NCBI GenBank assembly: GCA_963736855.1
Contig: CAVTQK010000015.1
Location: forward strand, 576,509 to 640,508
Length of the DNA: 64,000 nt
DNA from: an uncultured delta proteobacterium
Lineage (GTDB): Bacteria; Desulfobacterota; Desulfobacteria; Desulfobacterales; UBA2156
Direction: 5' to 3'
Positions 1 to 10,539 of this stretch are shown in pieces. Below the pieces are notes generated by a model. It was not told the origin of the DNA. It ran no database searches and was given only the letters and a program-made list of their open reading frames with translations. Position numbers and translations under genes: made by a program. Every line of letters begins with the position of its first letter. Position 1 is the first letter of the stretch.

Positions 1-1125
1 GCCAACGGCTATTCGGCCTTTCGGCAAACCTATATCCGGCTGGATGTTTTTTTCGATGCGGAATTGCTGCATCAGGAGACGCTGGCTTCGGCCGATTATG
101 ACGGCCTGGTTAAAGCTGCTCTATTAGCCATGTTTCCGGATGCCCAAAACCGACAGGAAAGAAGGGATTTGTTCAAACTGGTCAGCTCCAGCGCGGCTTT
201 TGAATTGCGCAAGAGGGTATTGGATGACCCGGCGATCATCGGCCAGATTGAATCTGTATGGGTATTGGCGGACGATGATGTGGATATGCTCATCAAAGGT
301 CACCAGGGAAGGAATCTGCCGGAATCCGAACGTCGTATCAATGATCGGCAGCTCCAATGGTTGGACCGTCTGAAAGCGGAAAACCGAATAGAAAAGCGTC
401 TGAACTGGACATTTCTAAGCCAGGGCGACTCCCGGGAACCGGAGATGGCCGGAGTATGGGGTGCGGTCATGGGATCGTTTCTGACGCTGATTGTCACGCT
501 GGTGCTGTCGTTTCCCATCGGCGTGGCGGCTGCCGTTTATCTGGAAGAGTTTGCCCCGAAGAATCGCTGGACGGACCTGATCGAAATTAATATCAATAAC
601 CTGGCGGCCGTTCCATCCATTGTATTTGGTCTTTTGGGTTTAGCGGTCTTTTTGAATCTCTTCGGACTCCCGAGATCGGCGCCCATAGTGGGTGGCCTCG
701 TACTGGCCTTGATGACCCTCCCGGTGATCATTATTGCCAGTCGATCGGCCCTCAAATCGGTTCCTCCCTCCATACGTGAGGCAGCCTTAGGGGTAGGGGC
801 ATCCAAGATGCAGATGGTGTTTCATCATGTGTTGCCGATGGCCCTGCCCGGGATGCTGACCGGGACCATCATCGGCATGGCCAGGGCGCTTGGCGAAACC
901 GCCCCTCTGTTAATGATCGGCATGGTGGCTTTCATCGTCGATATCCCGAAGGGCTTCACGGATCCGGCCACGGTTTTACCGGTGCAGATTTACCTGTGGG
1001 CGGACAGCCCGGAAAGGGCTTTCGTGGAGCGAACGTCGGCAGCGGTGATTGTTCTTCTGGCCTTTTTGATTATCATGAATGCAGCGGCCGTCATTTTAAG
1101 AAAGCGGTTCGAGCGGAGGTGGTAG
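1..1125 (+). CDS. pstA: Phosphate ABC transporter permease PstA (long form), 5' end cut by window edge
   Basis: Frame 1 is open from nt 1; the track ORF 64..1125 begins at an internal TTG. It carries the PstA permease core (YLEEFAPKNRWTDLIEININNLAAVPSIVFGLLGL, EAALGVGASKMQ, ETAPLLMIG) and is followed by pstS and pstB. Confidence 0.9.
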   Translation, partial: ANGYSAFRQTYIRLDVFFDAELLHQETLASADYDGLVKAALLAMFPDAQNRQERRDLFKLVSSSAAFELRKRVLDDPAIIGQIESVWVLADDDVDMLIKGHQGRNLPESERRINDRQLQWLDRLKAENRIEKRLNWTFLSQGDSREPEMAGVWGAVMGSFLTLIVTLVLSFPIGVAAAVYLEEFAPKNRWTDLIEININNLAAVPSIVFGLLGLAVFLNLFGLPRSAPIVGGLVLALMTLPVIIIASRSALKSVPPSIREAALGVGASKMQMVFHHVLPMALPGMLTGTIIGMARALGETAPLLMIGMVAFIVDIPKGFTDPATVLPVQIYLWADSPERAFVERTSAAVIVLLAFLIIMNAAAVILRKRFERRW

Positions 1126-1217
1126 AAAATGGATTAAATCGAATAGATGAAATTAAAACCTGAAACAATGTACCTAATGATCATCAATCAGAACACAAAT
1201 CAAGGAGGAAAAGAAAC

Positions 1218-2273
1218 ATGAAAAAATGGGTCGTGTTGTCGGTAACAACGGCGTTCCTTTTCATCGGTTTTGCGGCGGTATTTGCCGGGTCGGCCAGAGA
1301 CAGCATCAACATCGTGGGATCCTCCACGGTGTATCCTTTTGCCACAGTGGTTGCAGAGCGATTCGGGAAAGGTGGACAGTACAAAACCCCCAAAATCGAG
1401 TCCACCGGTTCCGGCGGAGGCTTTAAGTTGTTCTGCGCCGGTGTGGGTGTAGAACATCCGGATATTACCAATGCCTCCCGTCGGATGAAGGAGACGGAAT
1501 TTGAAACCTGTGCGAAAAACGGCGTCACAGAAATCGTCGAAGTGAAAGTCGGATATGATGGAATCGTCGTGGCCAACGCCAAGTCCGCACCTTTGCTCAA
1601 GCTGACCCGTAAAGCACTTTTTCTGGCACTGGCCAAGGAAGTACCGGATCCCAAAGGCGGTGAAAAATTGATATCCAACCCGTATAAGACCTGGAAAAGC
1701 ATCGACGCCTCTCTCCCAGATGCTAAAATCGAGGTCCTGGGACCCCCGCCGACATCCGGAACCCGCGATGCGTTCGTTGAATTGGTAATGGAAGAGGGTG
1801 CCAACTCATTTGATTGGATCAAGGCGCTCGCCAAATCCGATGCCAAGAAGCACAAGGCGATCACGAATGGAATACGTGAAGATGGCGCCTATATCGAGGC
1901 CGGAGAGAACGACAACCTGATCGTTCAGAAACTGGAAGCCAATAAAAACGCTTTTGGTATTTTCGGCTTCAGCTTCCTGGATCAGAATGCCGACAAGATC
2001 AAAGGCTCTCTCATCGAAGGCATGGAACCCACCTTTGAGAATATCGCGAGCGGGAAATATCCGGTTTCCCGGCCGCTGTTTTTCTATGTGAAAAAGGCCC
2101 ACGCGGGTGTCATCCCCGGTATCAAAGAATATGTGGCAGAATTCGCCAGCGATAAAACGTGGGGACCGGATGGGTATCTGTCTGAAAAGGGTCTGATTCC
2201 CATGCCCGAAGCCGAACGCAAGGCCTTTGGAGATGCCGCCAAAAACTTGACTGTTCTTAAATCCCTGAAATAG
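1218..2273 (+). CDS. pstS: Phosphate ABC transporter substrate-binding protein (PstS family)
   Basis: RBS AAGGAGG at 1202-1208. Signal peptide MKKWVVLSVTTAFLFIGFAAVFA. PstS-type motifs GSSTVYPF, TGSGGG and NASRRMK. Sits between pstA and pstB. Confidence 0.9.
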   Translation: MKKWVVLSVTTAFLFIGFAAVFAGSARDSINIVGSSTVYPFATVVAERFGKGGQYKTPKIESTGSGGGFKLFCAGVGVEHPDITNASRRMKETEFETCAKNGVTEIVEVKVGYDGIVVANAKSAPLLKLTRKALFLALAKEVPDPKGGEKLISNPYKTWKSIDASLPDAKIEVLGPPPTSGTRDAFVELVMEEGANSFDWIKALAKSDAKKHKAITNGIREDGAYIEAGENDNLIVQKLEANKNAFGIFGFSFLDQNADKIKGSLIEGMEPTFENIASGKYPVSRPLFFYVKKAHAGVIPGIKEYVAEFASDKTWGPDGYLSEKGLIPMPEAERKAFGDAAKNLTVLKSLK

Positions 2274-2285
2274 CACTAACCACGC

Positions 2286-2314
2286 GCAGGCCGAGCCTTG
2301 ACGGCTTGGCCTGC
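2286..2314 (+). promoter_or_regulatory. GC-rich stem-loop just after the pstS stop (intra-operon attenuator or mRNA-stabilising hairpin)
   Basis: GCAGGCCGAGCC-ttgac-GGCTTGGCCTGC forms a 12-bp stem with one G-U pair. No T-run follows, so it is not a classical terminator. Confidence 0.4.
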
Positions 2315-2496
2315 ATCGACTATGAAGCCCAATTAAAGAATTCAATATGCAGCCCATGAAAATGCACAAAGTGGAATCGGACTTTGATAACATGAATTCC
2401 GAAAAGCCCCAGGAAAAGCGACTTGGATCGACCGACTTGGAAAAGAGCCGGGACCTGGTCCCCAGAGAAGTCCGCGAGACGGTAGGGGATATCACG

Positions 2497-3258
2497 ATGC
2501 CTAACCCCAGAATGATCTGTCGGGGTGTTAACGTCTATTATGGGGAAAAGCAGGCTATCCGGAATGTATCCATCGACATAGGAAGAAATGAAGTCATTGC
2601 GATGATCGGGCCCTCAGGGTGTGGGAAGTCCACTTTTATCCGGTGTCTGAACCGGATGAACGATACCATCGACTCTTGCCGGGTTTCGGGCGATATTCTT
2701 TTGGAAGGTGTCAATATTTACGATAAAAATATCGACGTGGTGCCGCTGAGGGCTCAGGTGGGGATGGTGTTTCAAAAGCCCAATCCCTTTCCAAAGTCCA
2801 TTTATGACAATATCGCTTATGGACCCAAGATCCATGGCCTTGCAAGAAACAAGTCGGAACTTGATGAGATCGTCGAAACCTCTCTGCTGAAAGCCGGACT
2901 ATGGGACGAGGTGAAAGATCGACTCGATCACATCGGTACCAGCCTCTCCGGCGGACAGCAACAAAGGCTGTGCATCGCCCGGACCATTGCGGTCAGTCCT
3001 GAGGTGATCCTCATGGATGAACCTTGCAGTGCCCTGGATCCTATTGCAACCGCCATCATTGAAGACCTCATAGATGAATTGAAACAACAATATACCATCG
3101 CCATTGTAACCCATTCCATGCAGCAGGCTTCCCGGGTTTCCCAACGGACGGCGTTTTTTCATCTGGGAGATCTCATAGAGGTGGGTCCGACGCCGCGTAT
3201 CTTTACCCGGCCCCGTCACCAGCTCACTGAAGATTACATTACCGGACGTTTCGGCTAA
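2497..3258 (+). CDS. pstB: Phosphate ABC transporter ATP-binding protein PstB
   Basis: Walker [10 protein letters not shown], signature LSGGQQQRL, Walker B ILMDEP. The ORF is open from 2347, but the first 50 aa have no PstB counterpart. ATG 2497 has an AGGGGA RBS 7 nt upstream. Confidence 0.93.
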   Translation: MPNPRMICRGVNVYYGEKQAIRNVSIDIGRNEVIAMIGPSGCGKSTFIRCLNRMNDTIDSCRVSGDILLEGVNIYDKNIDVVPLRAQVGMVFQKPNPFPKSIYDNIAYGPKIHGLARNKSELDEIVETSLLKAGLWDEVKDRLDHIGTSLSGGQQQRLCIARTIAVSPEVILMDEPCSALDPIATAIIEDLIDELKQQYTIAIVTHSMQQASRVSQRTAFFHLGDLIEVGPTPRIFTRPRHQLTEDYITGRFG

Positions 3259-3439
3259 TCGACGATTTTGGATTGAATCTCTCCGTTTCAAGAAGACGAT
3301 AAATGCTTTGACCTAAAGCATCGCTTCTCTGCAACCGCCTTGAATTTAATCCTCATATCAGGTAAATTTTCTTTAAATCCCTTTCTTCAGCAGGAAACGG
3401 ACATGTTCGCAGGAACCGTCTGATTGCTCGGGTCTCTCT

Positions 3440-5195
3440 ATGGAGTCTTCAATGAAAATTCAAACAATGGAAAAACGCCTGTTCACCAGATCCCTTATTA
3501 GATTTCCGTTTTTCATTTTTTGGTTCATTGCCATATGGGGAATCCCGGTTTTTTCCAAGGCCGAGGCAGCAAAGAACATTATTGTCATGATTCCAGATGG
3601 TTGTTCATTCGAGCAATATACGCTGGTACGCTGGTACAAAGGAGCTCCCCTGGCCATGGATGCCATCCTGGTCGGTGCGGTAAAAACGCATGTCGCCGAT
3701 TCGGTAGTAGCGGATTCGGCTCCCGCGGCCTCGGTTTACGCTACAGGTGTGCGAACCTCTGATAAGTTCATCAGCGTTGCTCCGAAAACCGAGGGCTATG
3801 CTTCCTCACCTTAAAATCTCGGGGCATGAACCCTACAAGCCTCTGGCCACGGTTTTGGAGGCGGCAAAACTTACCGGCCGGGCGGTGGGAGTGGTTTCCA
3901 CCTCAAGGGTGACTCATGCTACACCGGCCGCCTATATCGCTCATGTTTCCGATCGAAAACTGGAAGACGATATCATGGAGCAAGCCGTCTATCAGGGGAT
4001 AGATGTGGTTTTCGGCGGCGGCGGACGGCACCTTTTGGGAAAAGCATCCGGTATCCAAAACCCCTATAATGAAAAATGGAAGGAAGATCCCCACACCTTG
4101 CAATGGGCGGATAAAGGAACAAGACGCGACAACGAAAATTTGATCGCAGTACTTCGAGGGAAGGGGTATACTTTGATCTCCACACGTAATGAACTGATGC
4201 GCCTGGACAAGGGTCCAGTTTTCGGCATGTTTGCGTTGAGCCATATGGCTGCAGAGGTCGATCGAGAGCAGATTGCGGCCACGGAACCGAGCCTGTCGGA
4301 GATGACCCGCAAGGCCATCGAAATCCTATCAAAGGATCCGGACGGTTTTTTCCTGATGGTGGAAGGAAGCCAAGTGGATTGGGCAAACCACGCAAACGAT
4401 CCGGCTCATCTGATCAGCGACCTCCTCATTTTTGATGAATCGGTTCGGATCGCTCTCGATTTCGCCAGACTCAATGGAGATACCCTTTTGCTGGTGTTAC
4501 CCGACCACAACACCGGAGGAATGTCCATCGGCAACTGGGCGACAAGCCGGAATTACTCGAAAATGAAACCGGATGATCTTGTCGGCCCGTTGAGGAAAAT
4601 GAAAGCATCTTCTCTTCTATTGTTCAAAAAGCTTCAAGGCGACCCCACACCAGGAAGGGTCATCGAGATCGTTCGGTCTGACTGGGGCTTGGATATTACA
4701 ATGAAAGATGCCCAAAAGATCCTGAAAAAAATGGCCGAGTATCGAGAGGATCCCTATTATGCTTTTGGAGAAGTGTTGTCGCCCAAATATCTTTCCATCG
4801 GATGGTCCACTCATGGCCATTGCGGCGGAGATGTCCCCCTGGGAGCTTTCGGCCCAAACCGACCTTCAGGCCTTTTAGATGCTCCTGAAATCGCCCAGGT
4901 CGTGGCCGAGGCGCTTGGTGTAAATCTTGAAGTTCTGACACGCCGCTTATTCACGGATGCATCCGCAGAATTCGGTGCCGAGAATGTGACGATCGATTCG
5001 TCCGACCCGGGTAACTCCGTGATCCGGATTAGGCATGGTTCAGAAGTTTTTTTACTTCCGGTCAATAAGAACCTGCTTATAACCGGTGATCGGGTGTATC
5101 CGTTGGAAGGTGTGACGATTTTAATTCCGGAGACTCAAAAAACCTATATTCCCCATCAGGCAGCAAAGAAAATCAAGGAAAAGAGGCAGCTTTAA
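3440..5195 (+). pseudogene. phoA: Alkaline phosphatase (PhoA family), split by an apparent 1-nt frameshift near 3795-3815 (or a sequencing error)
   Basis: ORFs 3440..3814 and 3747..5195 lie in different frames and together make one enzyme. The first gives a signal peptide, IPDGCS and VADSAPAASVYATGVRT. The second gives VVSTSRVTHATPAAY, MVEGSQVDWANHAND, LPDHNTGG and WSTHGHCGGDVP. Confidence 0.8.
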
Positions 5196-5466
5196 TCCAA
5201 ATCGGACGTCTATGATATGACCGGGATCGCCCTCGAACCGATACCAATCGCTTATTTCACAACCTTTGAAAAGTCCCTGTTATTCAAAGGTCCTTTAAAA
5301 GTTATTCCAGAGTAACAGTTTAAATTCCGGATTCTCTTTTCTTAATAATCTCTGTATTTGTTTCCTCTGTAAAAGATGAATCGAAGGCAAAAAGTAAAGC
5401 AACCCTGCCGGGCCGGCATTAAAATCTGAGAGTCTCAAGGCCGTATGAACTCAAAATCCTCCCGGC

Positions 5467-5784
5467 TCAGATGGGAGGTGCGATGGTGACTAAAAGCCTT
5501 AATTCTGTAATCGCCCTCAGGCCGTGAGGTTCACTGATGTTCGTAATGATAACATCCCCTGCCTGGACCGGTCGGATTGTGTTCTCAGCCCCGAGAAACT
5601 CGCCTTTTCCTTCAAGGATGGCAAGACAAACCTCTCCCTCGATATCATGGCTATGAACCGGAAGTATTTGCCCGGCCTTGAAGTTGAAGTTGATTATTTT
5701 TAAATAAGGGGAATCGTGGACCAAAAGTCTTTTGATTCCTTTTTCGTCGAAATCATTGGATTCATAAAGACTGACGATTTTCAT
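5467..5784 (-). CDS. Cupin domain protein
   Basis: 105 aa with cupin motifs (PVHSHDIEGEVCLAILEGKGEF; GDVIITNISEPHGLRA). AAGGA RBS. Last gene of a minus-strand operon. Confidence 0.7.
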   Translation of the reverse strand: MKIVSLYESNDFDEKGIKRLLVHDSPYLKIINFNFKAGQILPVHSHDIEGEVCLAILEGKGEFLGAENTIRPVQAGDVIITNISEPHGLRAITELRLLVTIAPPI

Positions 5785-5811
5785 TTTTTCTATCCTTTAC
5801 TTTTTGGGGAT

Positions 5812-6078
5812 TCACCGGATGGCCGGATTGTTTGTAACGATCCGAACCTGTGGACTGAAATCATGTATTTCAAGGATTGTTCCTTTCAACATGGCTTTAT
5901 TGAAATTCGGAAGAAGGTGCAAGCGGCGCCTAATTTTATCATATACCGAATGACGGCTCCGTATTGTCTTGGATGCGAATCTTGAGCGAAACTCAGTCTT
6001 TGTGCTCGGGGAAACAGAAAAATTGCAAATGCGATGGATACCTGAACCTTGCATGAGTTGGAGGTCTCCCTTTTTCAT
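5812..6078 (-). CDS. Hypothetical small basic protein (88 aa)
   Basis: Packed between the GAF gene and the cupin gene on the same strand, with gaps of about 29 and 27 nt. No recognisable motif and a weak RBS. Confidence 0.3.
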   Translation of the reverse strand: MKKGDLQLMQGSGIHRICNFSVSPSTKTEFRSRFASKTIRSRHSVYDKIRRRLHLLPNFNKAMLKGTILEIHDFSPQVRIVTNNPAIR

Positions 6079-6107
6079 ACAAGATTCAGGCGATGATTTC
6101 CTTGTCC

Positions 6108-6668
6108 CTATCGGGTTTCAAACCAAACGGTGTGAACATCTGCGACGGTTTCCCGGATGATCCGAAGGGCATTCAGGAGTCGGGAATACATCATGGCGAG
6201 AGCAAGAGTGTCGGCCAGAAGCCCCATCGCTTCCAGGTCCTGCGCAGAAAGCGACCAAGGCTTGGAATGGTAGAGTCGAATCGCTCCGATGATTTTACCG
6301 GAAAAGATCACCGGAAGATGAACGATGGCGCCGATCCCTTCCTTTTTGGTTTCCTCCGGATACTGGAGTTCTTTAGAAGTCCGGGCATTCTTAACGATGA
6401 CCGGTTTTCCTTTTACGGCGCTTCGAATGCTCTTTTTAAAGAAAACGGGGCCCTTGTTTATATAATACGAACTCAGTCCAAAGCTGGCCAGGACCTCCAA
6501 TTCACGGGTAGCCGGGTTGAGGGCAAAGATACAGCTTCCCTTGATTCCCAAGGCACCCACCAGCAGTTGAGTGATATGGGACCCCATGGTTCTCAGGCTT
6601 TCGGATTTAGTGACGATCCGATTCAGGGCCTTGAACAGGTCGACGGTGATTTTGCATTTTGCGGCCAT
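6108..6668 (-). CDS. GAF domain protein
   Basis: 186 aa stand-alone GAF-like sensor fold, by family resemblance only (SLRTMGSHITQLLVGALGIKGSCIFALNP..., IGAIVHLPVIFSGKIIGAIRLYH). Confidence 0.65.
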   Translation of the reverse strand: MAAKCKITVDLFKALNRIVTKSESLRTMGSHITQLLVGALGIKGSCIFALNPATRELEVLASFGLSSYYINKGPVFFKKSIRSAVKGKPVIVKNARTSKELQYPEETKKEGIGAIVHLPVIFSGKIIGAIRLYHSKPWSLSAQDLEAMGLLADTLALAMMYSRLLNALRIIRETVADVHTVWFETR

Positions 6669-6762
6669 ATTTCCCCCTCCTCCACGATTGCGTTGAAGTG
6701 GTGTTCAAAGAGACCGGCAAATGGGCTTTATGACTACTGCGGCAGGCCCATCCGAACCCGTT

Positions 6763-7230
6763 TTAAGAGACAATGCATACCGTTTTATCGGGCAGACTCG
6801 AGACCACCTTTTGGAACACTGTTCCGGTGAAGAAACGAGAGATCCTTCCGGATTGGTGGTTCAAGACAATGGTGGAGTGTCCGCTTTTAAGGGCCAGATT
6901 GACGATCTCAGAGGCGATGTCTTTTCTTTTTGCGTGAAATACTATTTTCACGTGGGCCAGCGGGAACCCGCTTTGCACCAGAATGCTCTTGACCTGTTTT
7001 AAATCCTTTTCCTGTTCGTTGATCCTCTGGCGGGCATAGCCCATGCTTCCGGTAAGCTTTTCCATGACCGTCCCCTTGCTGGTTTCGAGCTTCGGAAGCA
7101 ACGTGTAGGCGTGAAAAAGGGTGATCTCAGTGGATTCGGCGTGGGGTGTAAAGATGCGGATCACGAAATCCAGGGCTTTCTGGTCGCTTTTGGAGAAATT
7201 GTAAGGGAACAATATTTTTTCATGAATCAT
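6763..7230 (-). CDS. Universal stress protein (UspA family)
   Basis: Usp-like pattern (KILFPYNFSKSDQKALDF..., C-terminal SGRISRFFTGTVFQKVV). Start placed at ATG 7230 (GGAGG 5 nt upstream) rather than the ORF maximum at 7272. Confidence 0.7.
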   Translation of the reverse strand: MIHEKILFPYNFSKSDQKALDFVIRIFTPHAESTEITLFHAYTLLPKLETSKGTVMEKLTGSMGYARQRINEQEKDLKQVKSILVQSGFPLAHVKIVFHAKRKDIASEIVNLALKSGHSTIVLNHQSGRISRFFTGTVFQKVVSSLPDKTVCIVS

Positions 7231-7398
7231 CCCGCCCTCCTTTCTCCTGAAGGTTTTGAATGTTAAATGCAACCATCCTGATAGAATTTAAAGAGATAAT
7301 CACCCCAAATGCAACAAAATAATTCATAAGGAAGGGATTGTGTTAACAGGCTGCACTAAAAAATACTGTCAGAATCTCGTCGATTTTAGCATGCGAAT

Positions 7399-7560
7399 CT
7401 ATTTCTCTTGAATGATGTGCTGGTAGGCAATACGATGCTTTTTCATACGATTCCAAACCGTAACTCTGGAAATCCCCAGCAGTTCAGCGGTGTTGGTTTG
7501 ATTCCAATCGGTTTAACGAAGGGCTTCTATGAATTATCTCCATTGATCATCCGTTATTCG
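7399..7560 (-). pseudogene. Remnant of the C-terminal Fis-type HTH of a sigma54-dependent activator
   Basis: The minus strand reads ...DQWR*FIEALR*TDWNQTNTAELLGISRVTVWNRMKKHRIAYQHIIQEK*. This is the typical NtrC-family tail with two in-frame TAA stops and no AAA+ domain upstream. Confidence 0.6.
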
Positions 7561-7704
7561 GATTTTCTGGGTGTTGTGAGTTGGTAAGCACGGCTCATCC
7601 CGCAGGATTTACGGGGGCAAATGATAAGGCTGGATCTCCGGCTTGTTGCAGGAAACGAATGCGTAAGGGTCTTGGGGAGGAAGGCTAAAGAAATTGCCGC
7701 CCGG

Positions 7705-8097
7705 TCAATGGAAGTTTTCTTCCGTGTAAGAGCGGGCTATCCGGTCCATGTACTCCTGGAGAGAATCGAATACCAGGTATTGCTCAATGCTTTCCCAGGA
7801 AATAGCCGTGCTTACCCCTGAAGCCCAGTCGTTGGGTGTGGTTCCTTCGGCGATGCGACCTACCAAGAAGGTTTTGTCGCCCTGGATCTGAAATGAGGCA
7901 TTTTCAAGGACAACAGTCTCTTCTGATGTTCGATTGGAGAGATAAATCAGCACGATTTTATTGGAAAGCTCCGGAAAATAAATTCCCTTCAATCTGAATT
8001 CCTTTATTCGTTCAAGGGTGGAAAAAACCCTTGGATTCGCTTTGATTCCCGTTTCCGATCTTTTACCTTCGGAAAATTCATCTTTGATATCCTTCAT
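7705..8097 (-). CDS. Hypothetical protein (130 aa)
   Basis: Clean ORF with no motif I can name. Confidence 0.45.
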   Translation of the reverse strand: MKDIKDEFSEGKRSETGIKANPRVFSTLERIKEFRLKGIYFPELSNKIVLIYLSNRTSEETVVLENASFQIQGDKTFLVGRIAEGTTPNDWASGVSTAISWESIEQYLVFDSLQEYMDRIARSYTEENFH

Positions 8098-8310
8098 ACA
8101 TCCGATTCCCAGACGTTGACAATAAAAATCGATTCTGGATCTGATGAGTCATTCAGGTGCATTTATTGTTATTTATGAAGACAGAAGGAGTTCTCGACGT
8201 TAAGGTCGCGCATCCAGTTTCTGCAAGGCGAAAAGAATCCGAGCTTCCTTGCATACCCTTTGTGCCGAAAGACAGTCTGGTTTTGAATTTCGCTTAAAGA
8301 AACCAGGAAG

Positions 8311-9051
8311 TCAGTCTAATAATTGAATCAAAGTCTCGGGAGTTCCCGGAGGACCATTTGCGCCTTTGTATTGGAGAAAAACGCCGTCGGAAAGGCGGAA
8401 CCAGTAATGCGCGCTCCAGAAGTTTTCGAGCAGGCCCGTGAGAGTGATTCTCAGCTTATGGGCCATCACGGTTTTTCCGGAAACCGCTATGGTTTCCGGC
8501 TCCATACGGACCGCCTTCAACTGGATCGGTTCCAGGTTATCCATGCGGATCATCCAGAAGGTCTCCGTTTCTTTCCCGGATTGTACCATCTGTCTCAGGG
8601 AATAAGAAAGGGCTTGATACCATTCCTCTTCACCGATGTTAATGATTTCGCTGTAGACCTGATTCCGAAAAGTCCCTGAAATATGAATCGCAGTTTTGAT
8701 TCGTTTAGCTGTAATCCGAGTTTGGGTGTTTGAAAATATCCATTCCAGAGTTTGACCCCTTGCATCGCAAAGCGTGATGAGGTGGTCACACGGCTCTTTA
8801 ATTTGGATTTTAACGGGATTTTGATGTTCCTTTTCCCACGTGTAATCAAAGACGTTCTTCTCTGTAGACTGCCTGTAGCGATATCGTTCCATGGTTCGGC
8901 TTACCGCTTGTCCGACCATCATTATGAGCATAATTAAGACCGCCATGATGGAAGCGAGGACCTTTACTGATATGCTTGAAGTGATTTCTTTCATCGGTAA
9001 AAAGCGTTCCAGTTTCATTAAATATTCCGAGTTTCCATCGCAATGCTGCAT
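8311..9051 (-). CDS. Hypothetical membrane-anchored or exported protein (246 aa)
   Basis: N-terminal hydrophobic helix VKVLASIMAVLIMLIMMVG followed by a soluble domain. Exact start uncertain; there are several in-frame Met codons. Confidence 0.5.
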   Translation of the reverse strand: MQHCDGNSEYLMKLERFLPMKEITSSISVKVLASIMAVLIMLIMMVGQAVSRTMERYRYRQSTEKNVFDYTWEKEHQNPVKIQIKEPCDHLITLCDARGQTLEWIFSNTQTRITAKRIKTAIHISGTFRNQVYSEIINIGEEEWYQALSYSLRQMVQSGKETETFWMIRMDNLEPIQLKAVRMEPETIAVSGKTVMAHKLRITLTGLLENFWSAHYWFRLSDGVFLQYKGANGPPGTPETLIQLLD

Positions 9052-9514
9052 CCGCTCTGTTTCGGGCGGAACGAGTTCAGGTGCCTATACCTTCTTTTCC
9101 TATGCGCATCAACATGAAAAGAGTTTCAACGTATCATCATCCAACCGAAAATGCAGTTTTTCATAACGACTGTAGATGGCGAATCGCCATTGAGGGGATG
9201 GAAGCCGATTGAGTGAGCCCCGGACCATGGGCAGCGCCGCTGCCTTTACATGGTTCCAGACTTAAATGTTTTGTAAACTTCCCTTCCAAGGCCCTTTGAT
9301 GCGCAAAGCCATCATGACTGGAAAAAGCATAATCGTTAAGTCCGGTTTCTACCGAGATGCTTTTTTGACCGAAGAGTTTGCAAAGCAATCGGTAACATGG
9401 TGCGTGCTTGCAAATCGACTCTTTTCAGCGGGGCTTTTTTTTCGCGTTGACGGTGACCGGGAAAAAATGAGGAACGCTTCGTGGTTGCGACCGTCATCGC
9501 CCAAAGCAATCGAC

Positions 9515-10495
9515 TCACTTGGGGGTTTCAGCTTTTTTCAGATCCTCGACAAAAGATGAAATGTCCTGGATTTGGGGTTTTGCGATGAGAAAGGGATAGG
9601 CGTTATCGGAAGAGGTTCCCGACCGATTCTGTTGATCCTTATCATCCTTTTTAAAAAGCTTCAGGATATGTTCCTTATCCGCCTTGACGGTAATTTCGAT
9701 TTCCGGGTCCTTGAAATCCTCCACTTTAAAACCTTCCAGGTACTTTTGACATCGGAGGCCGACTAAGCCTGAAAGGAGGCGCTTGACTTTCGCTTCGTTC
9801 ATGGGCCTGCCGCCCTCGGTCTCCCATACAAAATTTTGCTTTTCCGGAGACTGAGGCTCTGTCTTGGGTATATCCGTGTTTTCTTTTGGTCGATTTTCAG
9901 CTTTCAGCTTTTTCGTGATCATCACCGATTTTCCGTTGAGCATGATGGAAAATTCTTGAACACGCGTCGTATCGAAAGACAAAACGGTCCGGTCGCGGAG
10001 GTCGTCCACCGTCACGTCGAATTTGGATTTCAAATTACCCTGAGCCTGATACACATTAGGATCCCCGGAAATTTTTACATGCGTATGGCGAAAGGTCGAT
10101 GCTGTGCTCCCGATCTCGAAATCCCGCTTTACGGCGTCGCCGGTAAAGGCTTTCACATGGATCTTCTTGTCGTCGCCGAGATCATACCGAGAGTAATTTT
10201 TCGACTCGGAGACCCGTGCCACAAAAGAGAGCTTCGCCGTCGAATCCAAGATGCCGGCGGCTTTTTCCCCGTCGGCCGGGAAATCCCCGGGAAAAAGATG
10301 CCAGCGGTCTTCCATTTTGTTCAGTGAAATGGTTTTGTCCCCCTTAGTGATCTCGACTCCTGTCAAGGCGGTCCCTGTAACTTCGGTCAGCTGCGGCAGA
10401 GCATATCGGGTGCGGTCCGTCTCGCGAAGCATCAAATAAGTGAGCACGCCCACGATGACTGCACCAATAAGAAGATATTCGACATTCTTTTTCAT
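9515..10495 (-). CDS. DUF4340-like protein, last gene of the ABC-2/GldG operon
   Basis: N-terminal TM anchor (YLLIGAVIVGVLTYLML). Its size and its position after a GldG-like gene are typical for DUF4340 partners. Confidence 0.7.
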   Translation of the reverse strand: MKKNVEYLLIGAVIVGVLTYLMLRETDRTRYALPQLTEVTGTALTGVEITKGDKTISLNKMEDRWHLFPGDFPADGEKAAGILDSTAKLSFVARVSESKNYSRYDLGDDKKIHVKAFTGDAVKRDFEIGSTASTFRHTHVKISGDPNVYQAQGNLKSKFDVTVDDLRDRTVLSFDTTRVQEFSIMLNGKSVMITKKLKAENRPKENTDIPKTEPQSPEKQNFVWETEGGRPMNEAKVKRLLSGLVGLRCQKYLEGFKVEDFKDPEIEITVKADKEHILKLFKKDDKDQQNRSGTSSDNAYPFLIAKPQIQDISSFVEDLKKAETPK

Positions 10496-10539
10496 CCGAT
10501 GCTTTCCCCCAACTCATGCATCATGTAAATTTCTTTGGG

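Noticed and set aside
2347-2496. 50-aa N-terminal extension of pstB, and similar extensions of kef (22054-22152), cobS (34921-35097), btuC-like (31488-31637), methyltransferase (48846-48998), epimerase (62699-62803) and OmpA-like (26168-26218)
   Set aside because: The extensions lack family counterparts, often overlap the upstream gene, and better starts exist with an RBS or ATGA-type overlaps.
8190-8300. Possible fourth, very diverged Rep-A copy (AGTTCTCGACGTTAAGGTCGCGCATCCAGT)
   Set aside because: The similarity is limited to about 30 nt and needs gaps. It has no downstream plus-strand gene. It is not distinguishable from chance by eye.
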